Origin: Candidatus Hinthialibacter antarcticus
GTDB taxonomy: Bacteria > Hinthialibacterota > Hinthialibacteria > Hinthialibacterales > Hinthialibacteraceae
Length of the DNA stretch: 64,000 nucleotides
Assembly: GCA_030765645.1 (NCBI GenBank)
Contig: JAVCCE010000054.1
Coordinates: 3,568-67,567, forward strand
Reading direction: 5' to 3'
Position 1 is the stretch's first letter. Each line of letters starts with the position of its first letter. Below, in pieces: positions 43,168 to 53,403 of the stretch. The notes under the pieces are model-generated. The model was not told the DNA's origin. It made no database searches and was given only the letters and a program-made list of their open reading frames with translations. Both the position numbers and the translations under genes were made by a program.

Positions 43168-44680
43168 ATCAAATAAAGCGGGAATCCTGATCGTGCTGGC
43201 GGTATTATGCGTTGCTGCAGGTTTTGGTTATACCTCAATGCAATCGAATGGTTCGATCAATCCTGATTTGATTAATGTCCCTGTGTTTCAAGTGAAGCAA
43301 GGGCCGCTAAAAATTAGCGTAGTCGAATCAGGAACGATTCGACCGCGCGATGAAGTCATCCTACGGAACGATACAGATGACGACACCACAATTGTTTCGA
43401 TTATTGCTGAAGGGGCTGAAGTCAAAAAAGGCGACCTGATCGCTGTGCTTGACGCTTCTGCAAAAGAAGAACGCCTCGTTGCTCAACAACTTGATCTTCA
43501 GAACGATGAGGCCGAATTAATTAGTTCCCGCGAGAACCTCGATATTGTGAGAAATCAGGCGCAATCGGATATTGAAAAAGCAGAATTGTTGTTTAAGTTT
43601 TCAAAGCAGGACCTGAAAAAATATTTGAAAGGCGAATATCCAAAACAAATTAAAGAAGCGGAAGTCGCAATTACTCTCGCGTCTCAAGAATATGCGTTGG
43701 CAAAAGACGATTTGAAGTGGTCAGAAGTATTATTTAAAAAGAAATATCTCGCCGAATCGGAGCTCCAACAAGATGAATTGTCCGCAAAACGGGCGGAATT
43801 AGATTTGGATTTGGCGAGAGAAGATTTTGAGTTGCTTAAAAATTACACGCACATTCGACAACTCGACCAATTGAATAGCGATGTAAAACAGAATGAGATG
43901 GAATCCGAACGGACTAAGAGCCGGGCGTCGGCGAATATTGTTGAGGCGTCCGCCCGCTATTTTTGGAGACAAGAGCGCGTCCAGCGTCAAAGCCGATATG
44001 TGCGCGAATTAGAGACAGAAATCAAAGCAGCAAAAATATACGCCCCCATTGACGGCTTGGCGTTATACGCATCGAGCGTCATTGAAGATTGGGAGGACGA
44101 CGAAGACCGCATTCGGGTTGGCGCTCTGGTCGATGAAGAGCGTGAGATTATCTTTTTGACGGCGGCGAAAGATTACAACATTGATATTCTGATTCAAGAA
44201 ACGGATTTAAATAAAATTAAACAAGGCCAGCCGGCCAAGATCACGGTCGACGCCTTGCCCGGCGCGAATTTCGTAGGCGTCGTTAACAAAGTATCTCACT
44301 TGCCCAATCAACGACAGCAATACTTAAACCCCAATTTGAAAGTCTATAGCACTGACATCGAAATTCAGGGCGAATCAGAGTCGCTGCGTAATGGGATGAG
44401 CTGCATGGTTGAGATTGTTGTCGAAGAATATGAAAACGCAGTCTATGCGCCGATTCAAGCGGTCGTGAAAGTGAATGGCGTAAGCACTGTTTTTGTTAGA
44501 AACGACAACACGGTCGAGGCGCGTCCAGTAACAATCGGCCTCGATAACAACAGCATGGTCCATATTAAAGAAGGGCTAAGCGAAGGCGAGTATGTTTTAT
44601 TAAAACCGCCGCTAAATTTTCAAAACGAAGATGAGTCAAACGCAACCGCCGAAACGATTGCAAGTTTAACCAATGAATAA
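43154..44680 (+). CDS. HlyD/MacA-family periplasmic adaptor (membrane fusion protein) with extended coiled coil
   Basis: N-terminal TM anchor, long alpha-helical hairpin region, and C-terminal beta-barrel (GMSCMVEIVVEE...). Overlaps the OMF gene. Confidence 0.75.
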   Translation: MSQVKSNKAGILIVLAVLCVAAGFGYTSMQSNGSINPDLINVPVFQVKQGPLKISVVESGTIRPRDEVILRNDTDDDTTIVSIIAEGAEVKKGDLIAVLDASAKEERLVAQQLDLQNDEAELISSRENLDIVRNQAQSDIEKAELLFKFSKQDLKKYLKGEYPKQIKEAEVAITLASQEYALAKDDLKWSEVLFKKKYLAESELQQDELSAKRAELDLDLAREDFELLKNYTHIRQLDQLNSDVKQNEMESERTKSRASANIVEASARYFWRQERVQRQSRYVRELETEIKAAKIYAPIDGLALYASSVIEDWEDDEDRIRVGALVDEEREIIFLTAAKDYNIDILIQETDLNKIKQGQPAKITVDALPGANFVGVVNKVSHLPNQRQQYLNPNLKVYSTDIEIQGESESLRNGMSCMVEIVVEEYENAVYAPIQAVVKVNGVSTVFVRNDNTVEARPVTIGLDNNSMVHIKEGLSEGEYVLLKPPLNFQNEDESNATAETIASLTNE

Positions 44681-45386
44681 AGAGAGACGCAACACATCTG
44701 AAATCGAAGCAGAACTTCAAGCGATCTCAAAAACGTATGCCATGGGCGACCAAGAAGTTCATGCATTGAACCAGGTTGATCTTTCTTTCTATCAAGGAGA
44801 TTTTTGGGCCATCCTGGGGGCGAGTGGTTCGGGAAAAAGCACGTTATTAAATCTATTGGGCTGCCTTGATCGCCCGACAGCAGGCAACTATGTCCTGGGT
44901 GGGGCGGCTGTTCAGGATATGGCGGATGATGAACTCAGTGAAATTCGTCTTCGTAAAATAGGCTTCATCTTTCAGAGTTTTAATTTGATCCAACAATTAA
45001 CGGTCGAAGAAAACATTCAACTTCCATTGTATTACCAGGAAATGGACGAAGAACAAAGCCGCGAAAAAGCGAGGAGCCTCGCTGAATCGGTCGGATTGGG
45101 AGGCCGGATTCAACATATTCCATCTGAACTTTCAGGCGGCCAGCAACAACGCGTGGCGGTCGCCCGCTCGCTGGCCAATGACCCCCAAATTATTTTAGCC
45201 GATGAACCCACCGGCAACCTCGATTCTGCAACCAGTAAAGAAATTATGAACTTGTTGTGCAGCCTGAATGAGCAAGGCAAGACCATTATCATGGTGACTC
45301 ACGAACATGACATCGCCTCCTATACCAAACAACAGTTATACATGAAAGACGGAAAAGTCGAACGAACCGAAGGGGCGCTTGAATGA
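44673..45386 (+). CDS. ABC transporter ATP-binding protein (MacB/LolD/FtsE-like)
   Basis: Walker [13 protein letters not shown], signature [15 protein letters not shown], Walker [12 protein letters not shown]. Confidence 0.9.
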   Translation: MNKERRNTSEIEAELQAISKTYAMGDQEVHALNQVDLSFYQGDFWAILGASGSGKSTLLNLLGCLDRPTAGNYVLGGAAVQDMADDELSEIRLRKIGFIFQSFNLIQQLTVEENIQLPLYYQEMDEEQSREKARSLAESVGLGGRIQHIPSELSGGQQQRVAVARSLANDPQIILADEPTGNLDSATSKEIMNLLCSLNEQGKTIIMVTHEHDIASYTKQQLYMKDGKVERTEGALE

Positions 45387-46651
45387 AAAGCAGCCGTATC
45401 TTTGTAGAAGTTCAAATGGGCGTCAAGAATTTGATGAACCACAAATTACGTTCACTGCTAACCATGCTGGGGATCGTGTTCGGCGTGTGCAGCGTAATAT
45501 CCATGCTGGCGGTAGGGGAGGGGGCCAACCAGGATGTGATGCAGCAGATACAAAAACTGGGCAGCAACAACATCATTATTAATACAATCAAACCTATCGA
45601 GAGTGAAACATCAAAAGAAGTATTGGCGCGGATGAATGTGTATGGATTAAAGTACGCCGATCATACCCGGATCAAAGATAGTTTTGTTCATATTACTCAG
45701 GCAGTCCCCGTGAAAATTGTGCGCAATGAAGCCCAGTTGGGTTCGCGTACGCTGGATATCCGAGTGTTAGGCGTAACACCGGATTGGTTTGATCTGGTCA
45801 AGCGAAATCTCATCGCAGGCCGCACATTAACCGGGAGTGATTTAGAAACGCATTCGAAAATCGTTGTTTTGACTGAATACGGCGCCCGCAGATTGCTTGC
45901 GGCCGAAGAAAGCATCGGCGCCCACTTGCGTATTGGCGGCGTTGTATTTGAAGTGGCGGGCATCGTGCAAAGCGAAGGCAGCCAAGGCAGTAATGTTCAA
46001 ACCCCAGATCAACAGATCGACGCTTACATGCCCATCAATGTTGCTCGAAACCGTTTCGGCGATGTCACCCTTAAGCGAACGGCTGGCGCGGAAATCCGTG
46101 AAAAAGTTGAACTCCATCAAATTATTGTCCAAGTTGACCGCTTAGAAAATGTCGAGAGTGCAGCTGCTGGAATTGAATATGTATTAGATCGGTTTCACAA
46201 ACAGTCTGATTATCAAATTAATGTACCTCTTGCTTTGCTCAATCAAGCGCGTCAAACCAAGCGAACATTTAATATCGTCTTAGGAACCATCGCAGGCATC
46301 AGTTTGTTGGTCGGCGGCATCGGCATCATGAACATTATGCTGGCGGCGGTGACAGAACGCACCCGGGAGATCGGCGTCAGACGGGCCATCGGCGCGAAAC
46401 GAAAACAAATTATCCGGCAGTTTCTGATTGAAACAATTACGTTATCTGTCAGCGGAGGACTCGTGGGGGCGATGGTCGGAGTTTTGATTCCAAAAGCCAT
46501 TACCCATTTCGCCAATATGCCGACCGTGATAACGATTGAGAGCCTCATTCTTTCAATTGGGATCAGCCTGAGCGTTGGGATCATCTTTGGGCTGTATCCC
46601 GCGATTCGCGCCGCCAATTTAGACCCAATCATCGCGCTGAGACATGAATAA
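45383..46651 (+). CDS. ABC transporter permease, FtsX/MacB-type (periplasmic core domain + FtsX 4-TM domain)
   Basis: N-terminal TM segment, large periplasmic domain, C-terminal FtsX-like TM bundle. 4-nt overlap with the ATPase gene. Confidence 0.85.
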   Translation: MKSSRIFVEVQMGVKNLMNHKLRSLLTMLGIVFGVCSVISMLAVGEGANQDVMQQIQKLGSNNIIINTIKPIESETSKEVLARMNVYGLKYADHTRIKDSFVHITQAVPVKIVRNEAQLGSRTLDIRVLGVTPDWFDLVKRNLIAGRTLTGSDLETHSKIVVLTEYGARRLLAAEESIGAHLRIGGVVFEVAGIVQSEGSQGSNVQTPDQQIDAYMPINVARNRFGDVTLKRTAGAEIREKVELHQIIVQVDRLENVESAAAGIEYVLDRFHKQSDYQINVPLALLNQARQTKRTFNIVLGTIAGISLLVGGIGIMNIMLAAVTERTREIGVRRAIGAKRKQIIRQFLIETITLSVSGGLVGAMVGVLIPKAITHFANMPTVITIESLILSIGISLSVGIIFGLYPAIRAANLDPIIALRHE

Positions 46652-46913
46652 TTCCTGCGAAAAATGAGATTCTTCGTAGCCGATTCGACTTTAAAAGAAT
46701 GATTACGCTGCAAGATCGCGCCATAGAACGCCTCCACCAAACTAAAAATAACCGGTGATTTAATTAGCAATCAAAAAAAAGTATACAGAAAGTCTTCTAG
46801 CGTTGTATGATAGTGGAAATCGATTTTATTTGTGCTTGCTAATAAAATCAAAACATTGATGCCTAATCCTTCTTTGTCAACACATCAAACTGATCTACAG
46901 GAGAAATTAACAA

Positions 46914-48791
46914 ATGATTCGCTATTTCAGTATGATAGTTATCGCATTGTTACTTGCGGCGCCTCAACTATCGAATTCTGCAACCAACAACACTGGCAAT
47001 AACCCTTGTTTTCTCGTTTTACAGGTCGCGTCTAACGCAAATGTGTTTTGGGCGCAAGATGGAATTGATATCGGCGTCGATGTTGGCGCTGACGGCAGCT
47101 ATGAATATTGGCTTTCTGAAGATACATCCGTCACCGGGTTGTGGACCACGACCAAAGGCGTCAGCGATTTTGACGCTGAATCCCCTTCGGCCGACAACTG
47201 GCGCACCATCATCATTAACCTGGAACAATACGCTGGAGAAGAAGCGCGCATTCAAATTCGTGACAATAATACGCAAGACTACATCGCTATCAACGCGATC
47301 CGCTTGAACAACGCAGACGGCGTCACCATTCCCAACGGCGTTCCTAACGGTTTTTTTGAAGACGCGTCTTTGGCTGGTTGGTCGGTTGCCAGCGGTGATA
47401 TGACTGCCGCTGATTTAATCACTGAAAACGCTGGCGCGGCGCCTTATGGCAGCGGTTATCTCAGCACCAGCAACGCAGGTACGGTTGTGTTGGAGTCGGA
47501 TGTTTTCGCTCTCGAACCAGTTAACAGTTTCATCTATGGAACCTACGCTGGGCCGGTTTCGTCCCGATGGGATATCGAAGGTCTCAACGGCAGCGATAAT
47601 GGCGCCTATGTCTACGTTGACGTCGGAACCGACTCGGCTGATCCTGACGGTGAATTTACTGCGGGAACCGATGTTCCTTTGTATGGCTACTTTTGGCAAA
47701 ACGCTGACGGCGCTCATGAAGTTTTTGTGATCAATACCTCCGGCCTCGAAGGCCGCCGCGCTCAATTTGTCGCAGTCGATAATTCCGAATCACATGCGAT
47801 TTCATTGGATGCGATCCGCATGAATTATGATCACAGTGTGATTGTTAACGGCGGTTTTGAAGACGGCTTCGAAGGCGGCGTTGTCCCGGAAGGATTTGAC
47901 GGAACCAGCGTTCGTCCGTTAACCACTCATCCCAGCGGTGGATTGCCCGGCTGGACGATAAACAACTTCGGCGATGATCCAGAGGCAGTGTTCACATATT
48001 TCGCCGGTCCCGGCGGTGATTTTTCCCGCTCTGATTTTGTTTGGGTCGGTTCTGGAAATTTCGTTGATGGAGCGAACGACCAAGGGCTTCAATTTGGAAT
48101 CGAATTACGTTCGGATGTTTTTGTGATTCAACCGGTTCCTGCGGCGGACAGCAGCGTGTTTTTGTCTTTTAATTCAGCCCAGGTCAGCAACCGAATTGAT
48201 TCGGCCCCCGATCCCGCCGACCCTGACGATATGGGTGTGTTCAGCACGATCCAAATGCAAGTCGATGTCGACAGCAACGGCGCGTTTGAAGACGCCGACG
48301 ATTTTGTTTATCGCAATCAAAACCAAGGGATGTCATGGAACCGCGAACAACGCGGCGAGTTGGATGAATGGCATTTCCCTGAATATCGCATGTACATTGA
48401 TGAGGCGCACCAGGGCTTGACCGCCCGCCTCTATATCGCCGACTTACAAACCGGCGGCTGGGGTTGGATGGGCGTTGACGATTTTTATTTCTGGGACGGA
48501 GACAGCGCAGACTTGGCGTTCCCCAACTCTGACTTCGAAGAAGGCACTTTAAACAACTGGGTCGAAGACAGTGAGATTATGAATTTCGACAGTTGGCTGT
48601 CGGCGACGCCGGACAATGTCGGCGGCGATGCGTTACATAACGTGCTCAATGATGTGATCTCATGGGTTGACGGAAACTATGCCGTTGATTCAAACCAATC
48701 CGGCGATGGTAATGTCGGCGAGTTAACATCTGAGCCATTCACCATCCCGAGCTTGCAGACGTCGCCTGTTCCAAACTGGTCTGTGTATTAA
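46914..48791 (+). CDS. Hypothetical secreted Asp/Gly-rich protein with 3-4 internal repeats of a CBM4/9-like module
   Basis: Signal peptide. Repeated module boundaries NGFFEDASLAGW / NGGFEDGFEGG / NSDFEEGTLNNW (the NGxFE.G...W start typical of CBM4_9) and repeated ...AINAIRLN / ...SLDAIRMN ends. Confidence 0.45.
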   Translation: MIRYFSMIVIALLLAAPQLSNSATNNTGNNPCFLVLQVASNANVFWAQDGIDIGVDVGADGSYEYWLSEDTSVTGLWTTTKGVSDFDAESPSADNWRTIIINLEQYAGEEARIQIRDNNTQDYIAINAIRLNNADGVTIPNGVPNGFFEDASLAGWSVASGDMTAADLITENAGAAPYGSGYLSTSNAGTVVLESDVFALEPVNSFIYGTYAGPVSSRWDIEGLNGSDNGAYVYVDVGTDSADPDGEFTAGTDVPLYGYFWQNADGAHEVFVINTSGLEGRRAQFVAVDNSESHAISLDAIRMNYDHSVIVNGGFEDGFEGGVVPEGFDGTSVRPLTTHPSGGLPGWTINNFGDDPEAVFTYFAGPGGDFSRSDFVWVGSGNFVDGANDQGLQFGIELRSDVFVIQPVPAADSSVFLSFNSAQVSNRIDSAPDPADPDDMGVFSTIQMQVDVDSNGAFEDADDFVYRNQNQGMSWNREQRGELDEWHFPEYRMYIDEAHQGLTARLYIADLQTGGWGWMGVDDFYFWDGDSADLAFPNSDFEEGTLNNWVEDSEIMNFDSWLSATPDNVGGDALHNVLNDVISWVDGNYAVDSNQSGDGNVGELTSEPFTIPSLQTSPVPNWSVY

Positions 48792-48822
48792 TGCGCCTGA
48801 TTGTGAACGGATGCGATACCAA

Positions 48823-48848
48823 GCGGGGCCTTTGCAGGCCCCGCTTTT
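48823..48848 (+). terminator. Rho-independent terminator
   Basis: gcggggcc-tttgca-ggccccgc (8-bp GC-rich stem) followed by tttt. Lies 32 nt after the stop at 48791. Confidence 0.75.
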
Positions 48849-49004
48849 CATTATGCTAAAATAGGTTGAGAGATTTTATAGTGGTTGCCAGAAAACTGTG
48901 CGGATTGAGTTTTCATCACTGTATCTATCGCTGAGCCCCTGCCTGCGGCAGGCAGGCTGCGGGCGCGCTTAACGCACAGTATTTTGTCAATCGCTCTAGA
49001 TTGA

Positions 49005-51812
49005 ATGAAAGTGGACGGAATGAAACAGTTTGCATTGTCGGCTCTGGTTTCTTTTTTTTACCTGTACATTGCCATCGCTGTGACAGCGCAAACTGTTGAT
49101 ATCCAATCAGTCATTGATTCGATTCAGAAACATGAGTTGGCCGAAGCAGAAGAAATCCTACGCCAGTCTCAAGGCCCACTGGCCGGCCCTGAACAAAAAC
49201 AACTGCACACTTTCATCAGTCAACATTCCCCGCAAGGCGATTGGATTTCTCTATTGCGTTTGATCGCTGAAAAGGCGGAGGGCAACCCGGAGTTTTTATT
49301 TTTCTTATCGCAGGCGTTATGGCGAACGGGGGATGAAAGCGGAGCGCTCAAAGTCAGCGGCGAAGCGATGGCCGCCGCGCCCATCGATTTGAATTTGCAA
49401 TACAAGTGCGCCGCCATCGCGCGAACCCTAGGCCGCTTAGATGTAGCCAAACAACGCATTGGACATATTCTTGAACAAGACGCCAATCACCCTGATACAT
49501 TGTTTCTGCAAGGCAGTATCTGGGCGGAAGAAGGCGAAAATGAAAAAGCGAAGAACGCGCTGCTGCAAGTTATTCAATCGAACCCCAAGCATTTTCGGTC
49601 GCTGTTCGAGTTAGGAAAACTCGAAACCCGGCTGGGCAATGATGAGCAGGCGGTTCAATATTTGAGCGAAGCCATCAATGCGTATCCGTTCTTTCGAGAA
49701 GCGTATGCTGCGTTGCGTACGCCATTATCGCGCTTGGGCCGCAAGGACGAGTTCTCGCGCTTGCAAGAGATTATTCAGACAATGAGAGCGTGGAACCCCG
49801 ATCAATATCGTCAATTGCGCTACATGTATGAAAACGCATTCACGATTCCAATCGAACAACGCACGGTTCTTGCGCAAGAGTTGCTGTCGATTCGCCAGTT
49901 TGAAAAAGCCATGCAGTATTTAACGAACCTGAATAAAAATAATTTGCTGAACGACCCGCTGCGAATGGCGCTGGCGCAATTGCATTACCAAAAAAAAGAG
50001 TTCCCGGATTGTCTTTCAATTCTTGGCGAAATTACAGATTCAACCATCACGCAAACAGAGCGCTTTGTTGGAATAAAAGGGTGGTCGCTTTTGGGGACAG
50101 GAGATACTGAGAGCAGCCTGGATTTATACAATCAATACAAAGAGAAATTTCCAGGCTCGCCAAACTTCGCTGCTTTAGGCGCCGCATTAAGCAAGATAGA
50201 TAAGAAAGAAAATACCGGGCAATCGACTTTAAATGTTCAAGCAAAAAAGACATTTCAATTTAGGGATGCGTCTAATGAATCCGGCCTGGACGCCTTTCAA
50301 CACCGGATGGGGCACAAAGATAAACGCTGGATCATTGACGCAATGGGGTCTGGCGTTGCGGTCGGCGATTATGACAACGACGGCGACGACGATGTCTATT
50401 TTGTGAATGGCAGGCCCGACTTGAATGAAGATGATGGTCAATGGCGCAACGGTTTGTTTCGCAATGACGGCGGGCGTTTTGTTGATGTGACAGAGCGAGC
50501 GCATGTCGGCGACACGGGCTGGGGCATGTGCGCTGTGTTTGGCGATGTCAACAACGACGGCTGGCTTGATTTGTTTGTTGGCAACTTCGGCGCTGATGTT
50601 CTATACATGAACAACGGCGACGGCTCATTTACCGAACGTACCCAAGACGCGGGGGTGAGCCATAACGGCTACGCAGCGGCGGCGGTATTCGGTGACGTCG
50701 ACCTCGACGGCGACCTCGACCTCTATGTCGGCAACTATGTTGAATTCGATCCCAAACAACACGGCAGCCTGCGCGACCGCTATCATGGCATAGACGTCAT
50801 GCGAGGGCCGATGGGGCTTAATTATCAGAATGACCTTTTGTACTTCAACAAAGGCGATGGAACATTTGAAGACGTTTCTCAGCAAAGCCAAATCAATATT
50901 TCGGAAGGCCGCGCGATGGGCGCGTCAATGGCTGACTTTGATCTCGACGGCGACCTCGACCTCTATGTGGCGAACGACTCAACCTATAACCATGTGTTGC
51001 TCAATAACGGTAAAGGGCGCTTTGAAGATTCCAGTTTCGTTTCCGGCGCTGCTGTGAACGAATCAGGCCGCGAAGGCGCCAGCATGGGCGTCGCAACCGG
51101 CGATTACAATAACGATGGGCTGATTGATATTTTTGTGACGGCTTACGAACAAGAGCCTGATACGCTTTTTCAAAACAAAGACGGCGTACTTTTCACTGAT
51201 GTAACCGGCCCGTCGAAACTCACATCGCCATCCCATTGGTTGACCACGTGGGGAACAGGCTTTTGTGATTTTGATTCGGACGGTTTTTTAGATATTTATA
51301 CAGTCAACGGGCATACCTACCCCCAGGTTGCCCAGCTCAACAACGACCGGAGTTATACCCAAGGCGTTTCGTTTTATCAAAATATAGATGGCGAACATTT
51401 TCGTTCTGAGAAGTTAGAATTTGACGCGGCAAGAACCATCGCCGGCCGCGGAAGCGCCTTGCTCGATTATGACAACGACGGCGATATGGATATCGTCATC
51501 AATTGCATCGACGATTCGCCCCGGTTATTGGAGAACCAATCAAGCCAAGGCAATTGGTTGAAAGTGAAATTAAACGGAACATCCGCCCAGACATTCGGAG
51601 TTCGCGTCTTTATCGAACACAAAGGCCAACAGTGGACGCGTACCGTCGATGGCGGCTCAAGTTATTTATCTCAAAACTCTCAAACGCTTCACTTCGGTCT
51701 TGGCGAAATAGACCAAGTTGAAAAAATTACAATCCACTGGCTTACCCGGCCTCCGCAAACGTATTCGGATGTTTCAACCAATCAAACTTTGATCGTAACC
51801 ACACGGTCCTAA
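49005..51812 (+). CDS. Secreted TPR-repeat + FG-GAP/VCBS-repeat + C-terminal ASPIC/UnbV-domain protein (CRTAC1-like)
   Basis: N-terminal TPR-like helical repeats. FG-GAP loops (DYDNDGDDDVYFV, GDVNNDGWLDLFVGN, GDVDLDGDLDLYVGN, DFDLDGDLDLYVAN, DYNNDGLIDIFV, DFDSDGFLDIY, DYDNDGDMDIVIN). C-terminal UnbV_ASPIC-like GNWLKVKLNG...GVRVFIEHKG. Alternative start 49020. Confidence 0.7.
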   Translation: MKVDGMKQFALSALVSFFYLYIAIAVTAQTVDIQSVIDSIQKHELAEAEEILRQSQGPLAGPEQKQLHTFISQHSPQGDWISLLRLIAEKAEGNPEFLFFLSQALWRTGDESGALKVSGEAMAAAPIDLNLQYKCAAIARTLGRLDVAKQRIGHILEQDANHPDTLFLQGSIWAEEGENEKAKNALLQVIQSNPKHFRSLFELGKLETRLGNDEQAVQYLSEAINAYPFFREAYAALRTPLSRLGRKDEFSRLQEIIQTMRAWNPDQYRQLRYMYENAFTIPIEQRTVLAQELLSIRQFEKAMQYLTNLNKNNLLNDPLRMALAQLHYQKKEFPDCLSILGEITDSTITQTERFVGIKGWSLLGTGDTESSLDLYNQYKEKFPGSPNFAALGAALSKIDKKENTGQSTLNVQAKKTFQFRDASNESGLDAFQHRMGHKDKRWIIDAMGSGVAVGDYDNDGDDDVYFVNGRPDLNEDDGQWRNGLFRNDGGRFVDVTERAHVGDTGWGMCAVFGDVNNDGWLDLFVGNFGADVLYMNNGDGSFTERTQDAGVSHNGYAAAAVFGDVDLDGDLDLYVGNYVEFDPKQHGSLRDRYHGIDVMRGPMGLNYQNDLLYFNKGDGTFEDVSQQSQINISEGRAMGASMADFDLDGDLDLYVANDSTYNHVLLNNGKGRFEDSSFVSGAAVNESGREGASMGVATGDYNNDGLIDIFVTAYEQEPDTLFQNKDGVLFTDVTGPSKLTSPSHWLTTWGTGFCDFDSDGFLDIYTVNGHTYPQVAQLNNDRSYTQGVSFYQNIDGEHFRSEKLEFDAARTIAGRGSALLDYDNDGDMDIVINCIDDSPRLLENQSSQGNWLKVKLNGTSAQTFGVRVFIEHKGQQWTRTVDGGSSYLSQNSQTLHFGLGEIDQVEKITIHWLTRPPQTYSDVSTNQTLIVTTRS

Positions 51813-51821
51813 CGTCACTAT

Positions 51822-51870
51822 GTGGCATGGGTGCAACTCTGCAAGAACTCTGCTCGCGTTAGGGCTTTTA
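51822..51870. repeat. Dispersed repeat family, fragment D (duplicated left arm only)
   Basis: tggcatgggtgcaactctgcaagaactctgctcgcgttagggctttt. The same left-arm sequence as copy E starts 95 bp further on and, like it, is preceded by atgtgg. Confidence 0.6.
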
Positions 51871-51916
51871 CTTTCTGGATGCTTTTTTTATACATTGAAT
51901 TGAGATTTCGCTGCAT

Positions 51917-52094
51917 GTGGCATGGGCACATCTCTGCTCGCTTCGGTGCGGGCTTTCAGGCCCTTTTGCACAGGCGCTCCCAGAGTTGCACCCATGCCTG
52001 AATTGGTTTGTCAATTATTGATACGCCGGGATATGTTTTCGTAATCAAAATCATGACCATCCATCAATGGAGGCACTCGCTTACCGGATGAACC
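51917..52094. repeat. Dispersed intergenic repeat family, copy E (orientation 1, lacks the distal approx. 90-bp module)
   Basis: gtggcatgggcacatctctgctcgcttcggtgcgggctttcaggcccttttgcacaggcgctcccagagttgcacccatgcctgaattggtttgtcaattattgatacgccgggatatgttttcgtaatcaaaatcatgaccatccatcaatggaggcactcgcttaccggatgaacc. Confidence 0.85.
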
Positions 52095-52191
52095 TTTTTT
52101 CATATATCGGAAAGTTATTCTCAACAAAAAACCTGCTTTGGTTTCCTTTTATGATTTATCACCTGTATATTGTTTGGAATCTCAACTGTTT

Positions 52192-52213
52192 TTTGGTAGA
52201 TTCATTGTCAACA
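52192..52213 (+). promoter_or_regulatory. Conserved upstream motif tttgGtagattcaTtgTcaaca, 93 nt before the GDPD gene start
   Basis: 18/22 identity with motifs at 56883..56904 and 60547..60568, upstream of the sulfatase genes. Confidence 0.4.
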
Positions 52214-52305
52214 AAGAAGAATGAAGTAAGCGAGGGTTTTGATGCAGCGTGATCAAATCGTAACAATATCCCACAGCGCAGGTTGACAATTTAGTGAGGA
52301 ATAAA

Positions 52306-53139
52306 ATGTATCGTGTATTTCAATTGTTGTTTTTATTTTTTGCTGTAATTCACTTAGGAGCGAGCAGCGATTTCACTCCAATACAAATGCCTGAGCGTGG
52401 AATTTGCGCTCACCGGGGAGCAATGAATACTCACCCGGAGAATACATTGCCTGCCTTTCGTGAAGCAATAAGACTCGGCGTGCAGATGATCGAATTCGAT
52501 GTGCAGGCGTCGAAAGATGGTCATTTAGTTGTTATGCATGACTCTACGGTTGATCGCACGACAGATGGAAACGGCGAAGTCTCTGAACTTACATTAAGTG
52601 AACTTCGTAAATTAGACGCCGGAATAAAGAAGGGAGAACAGTTCAAAGGAACGCGAATTCCGACTCTCAGAGAAACCTTGCAGATTATGCCAGAGAATAT
52701 TTGGCTGAATATCCATTTGAAAGATGGAGAGAAAATAGTTGCAAGTGTTGCCAAAATGATTTTGAAAGAAAAACGTCAGCGCCAGTCATTTCTTGCATGC
52801 AGTATAATGGCGGCGCAAAGCGCTCGAGAGATTAGTCCTGGTATACAAATTTGCAACATGGACAGGCAACGGAATACCATGGATTATGCAAATGAAACGA
52901 TTCATCATAAGGCGCAGTTCATTCAGCTTCTTGGAGACGGCGCCGTTTTCTCTGAAGTCATATCCAAATTAAGAAAACATAAAATTCGCATAAACTATTA
53001 TCGCGCAGACACTCCCGAAATCTGTTGTGAATTACTGTCCGCAGGAATTGATTTCCCGCTTGTAAACGACCCTGGAGCAATGATGACCAAAATTCAAACC
53101 GAGTTAGGAATCAAGCCATTGGTTCCCATTTATCGATAG
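52306..53139 (+). CDS. Secreted glycerophosphodiester phosphodiesterase (GDPD/UgpQ family)
   Basis: ATG 52306 with GAGGA RBS. Signal peptide. GDPD catalytic motifs ICAHRGA...ENTLPAF and IEFDVQASKDGHLVVMHD. Confidence 0.8.
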   Translation: MYRVFQLLFLFFAVIHLGASSDFTPIQMPERGICAHRGAMNTHPENTLPAFREAIRLGVQMIEFDVQASKDGHLVVMHDSTVDRTTDGNGEVSELTLSELRKLDAGIKKGEQFKGTRIPTLRETLQIMPENIWLNIHLKDGEKIVASVAKMILKEKRQRQSFLACSIMAAQSAREISPGIQICNMDRQRNTMDYANETIHHKAQFIQLLGDGAVFSEVISKLRKHKIRINYYRADTPEICCELLSAGIDFPLVNDPGAMMTKIQTELGIKPLVPIYR

Positions 53140-53190
53140 CATGTTTCAGAATTAATTTGGTTCAGGTTTTTGGAACCGCACAAGAACGAT

Positions 53191-53358
53191 CAGGCATGGG
53201 TACATCTCTGCTCGCTTCGGTGCGGGCTATCATGCCCTTATGCACAGGCGCTCCCAGAGTTGCGCCCATGCCTGAATTGGTTGGTCGATTTTTGATATGC
53301 CGAAATACGTTTTCGGAATCAAAATTATGATTATCCAGCAATATAATTACTCACTTGC
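53191..53358. repeat. Dispersed intergenic repeat family, copy F (orientation 1, divergent)
   Basis: caggcatgggtacatctctgctcgcttcggtgcgggctatcatgcccttatgcacaggcgctcccagagttgcgcccatgcctgaattggttggtcgatttttgatatgccgaaatacgttttcggaatcaaaattatgattatccagcaatataattactcacttgccagatggacc. Confidence 0.8.
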
Positions 53359-53403
53359 CAGATGGACCATAAAAGTGATTTTTGAATTTGCGCGGCGCCA
53401 TCC

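Noticed and set aside
48938-48956. Perfect 19-bp palindrome cctgcctgcggcaggcagg upstream of the TPR/FG-GAP/ASPIC gene, as a possible operator
   Set aside because: It is a single occurrence in a GC-rich patch with no second half-site or repeat elsewhere in the window. It might be a hairpin or binding site, but the evidence is insufficient to call.
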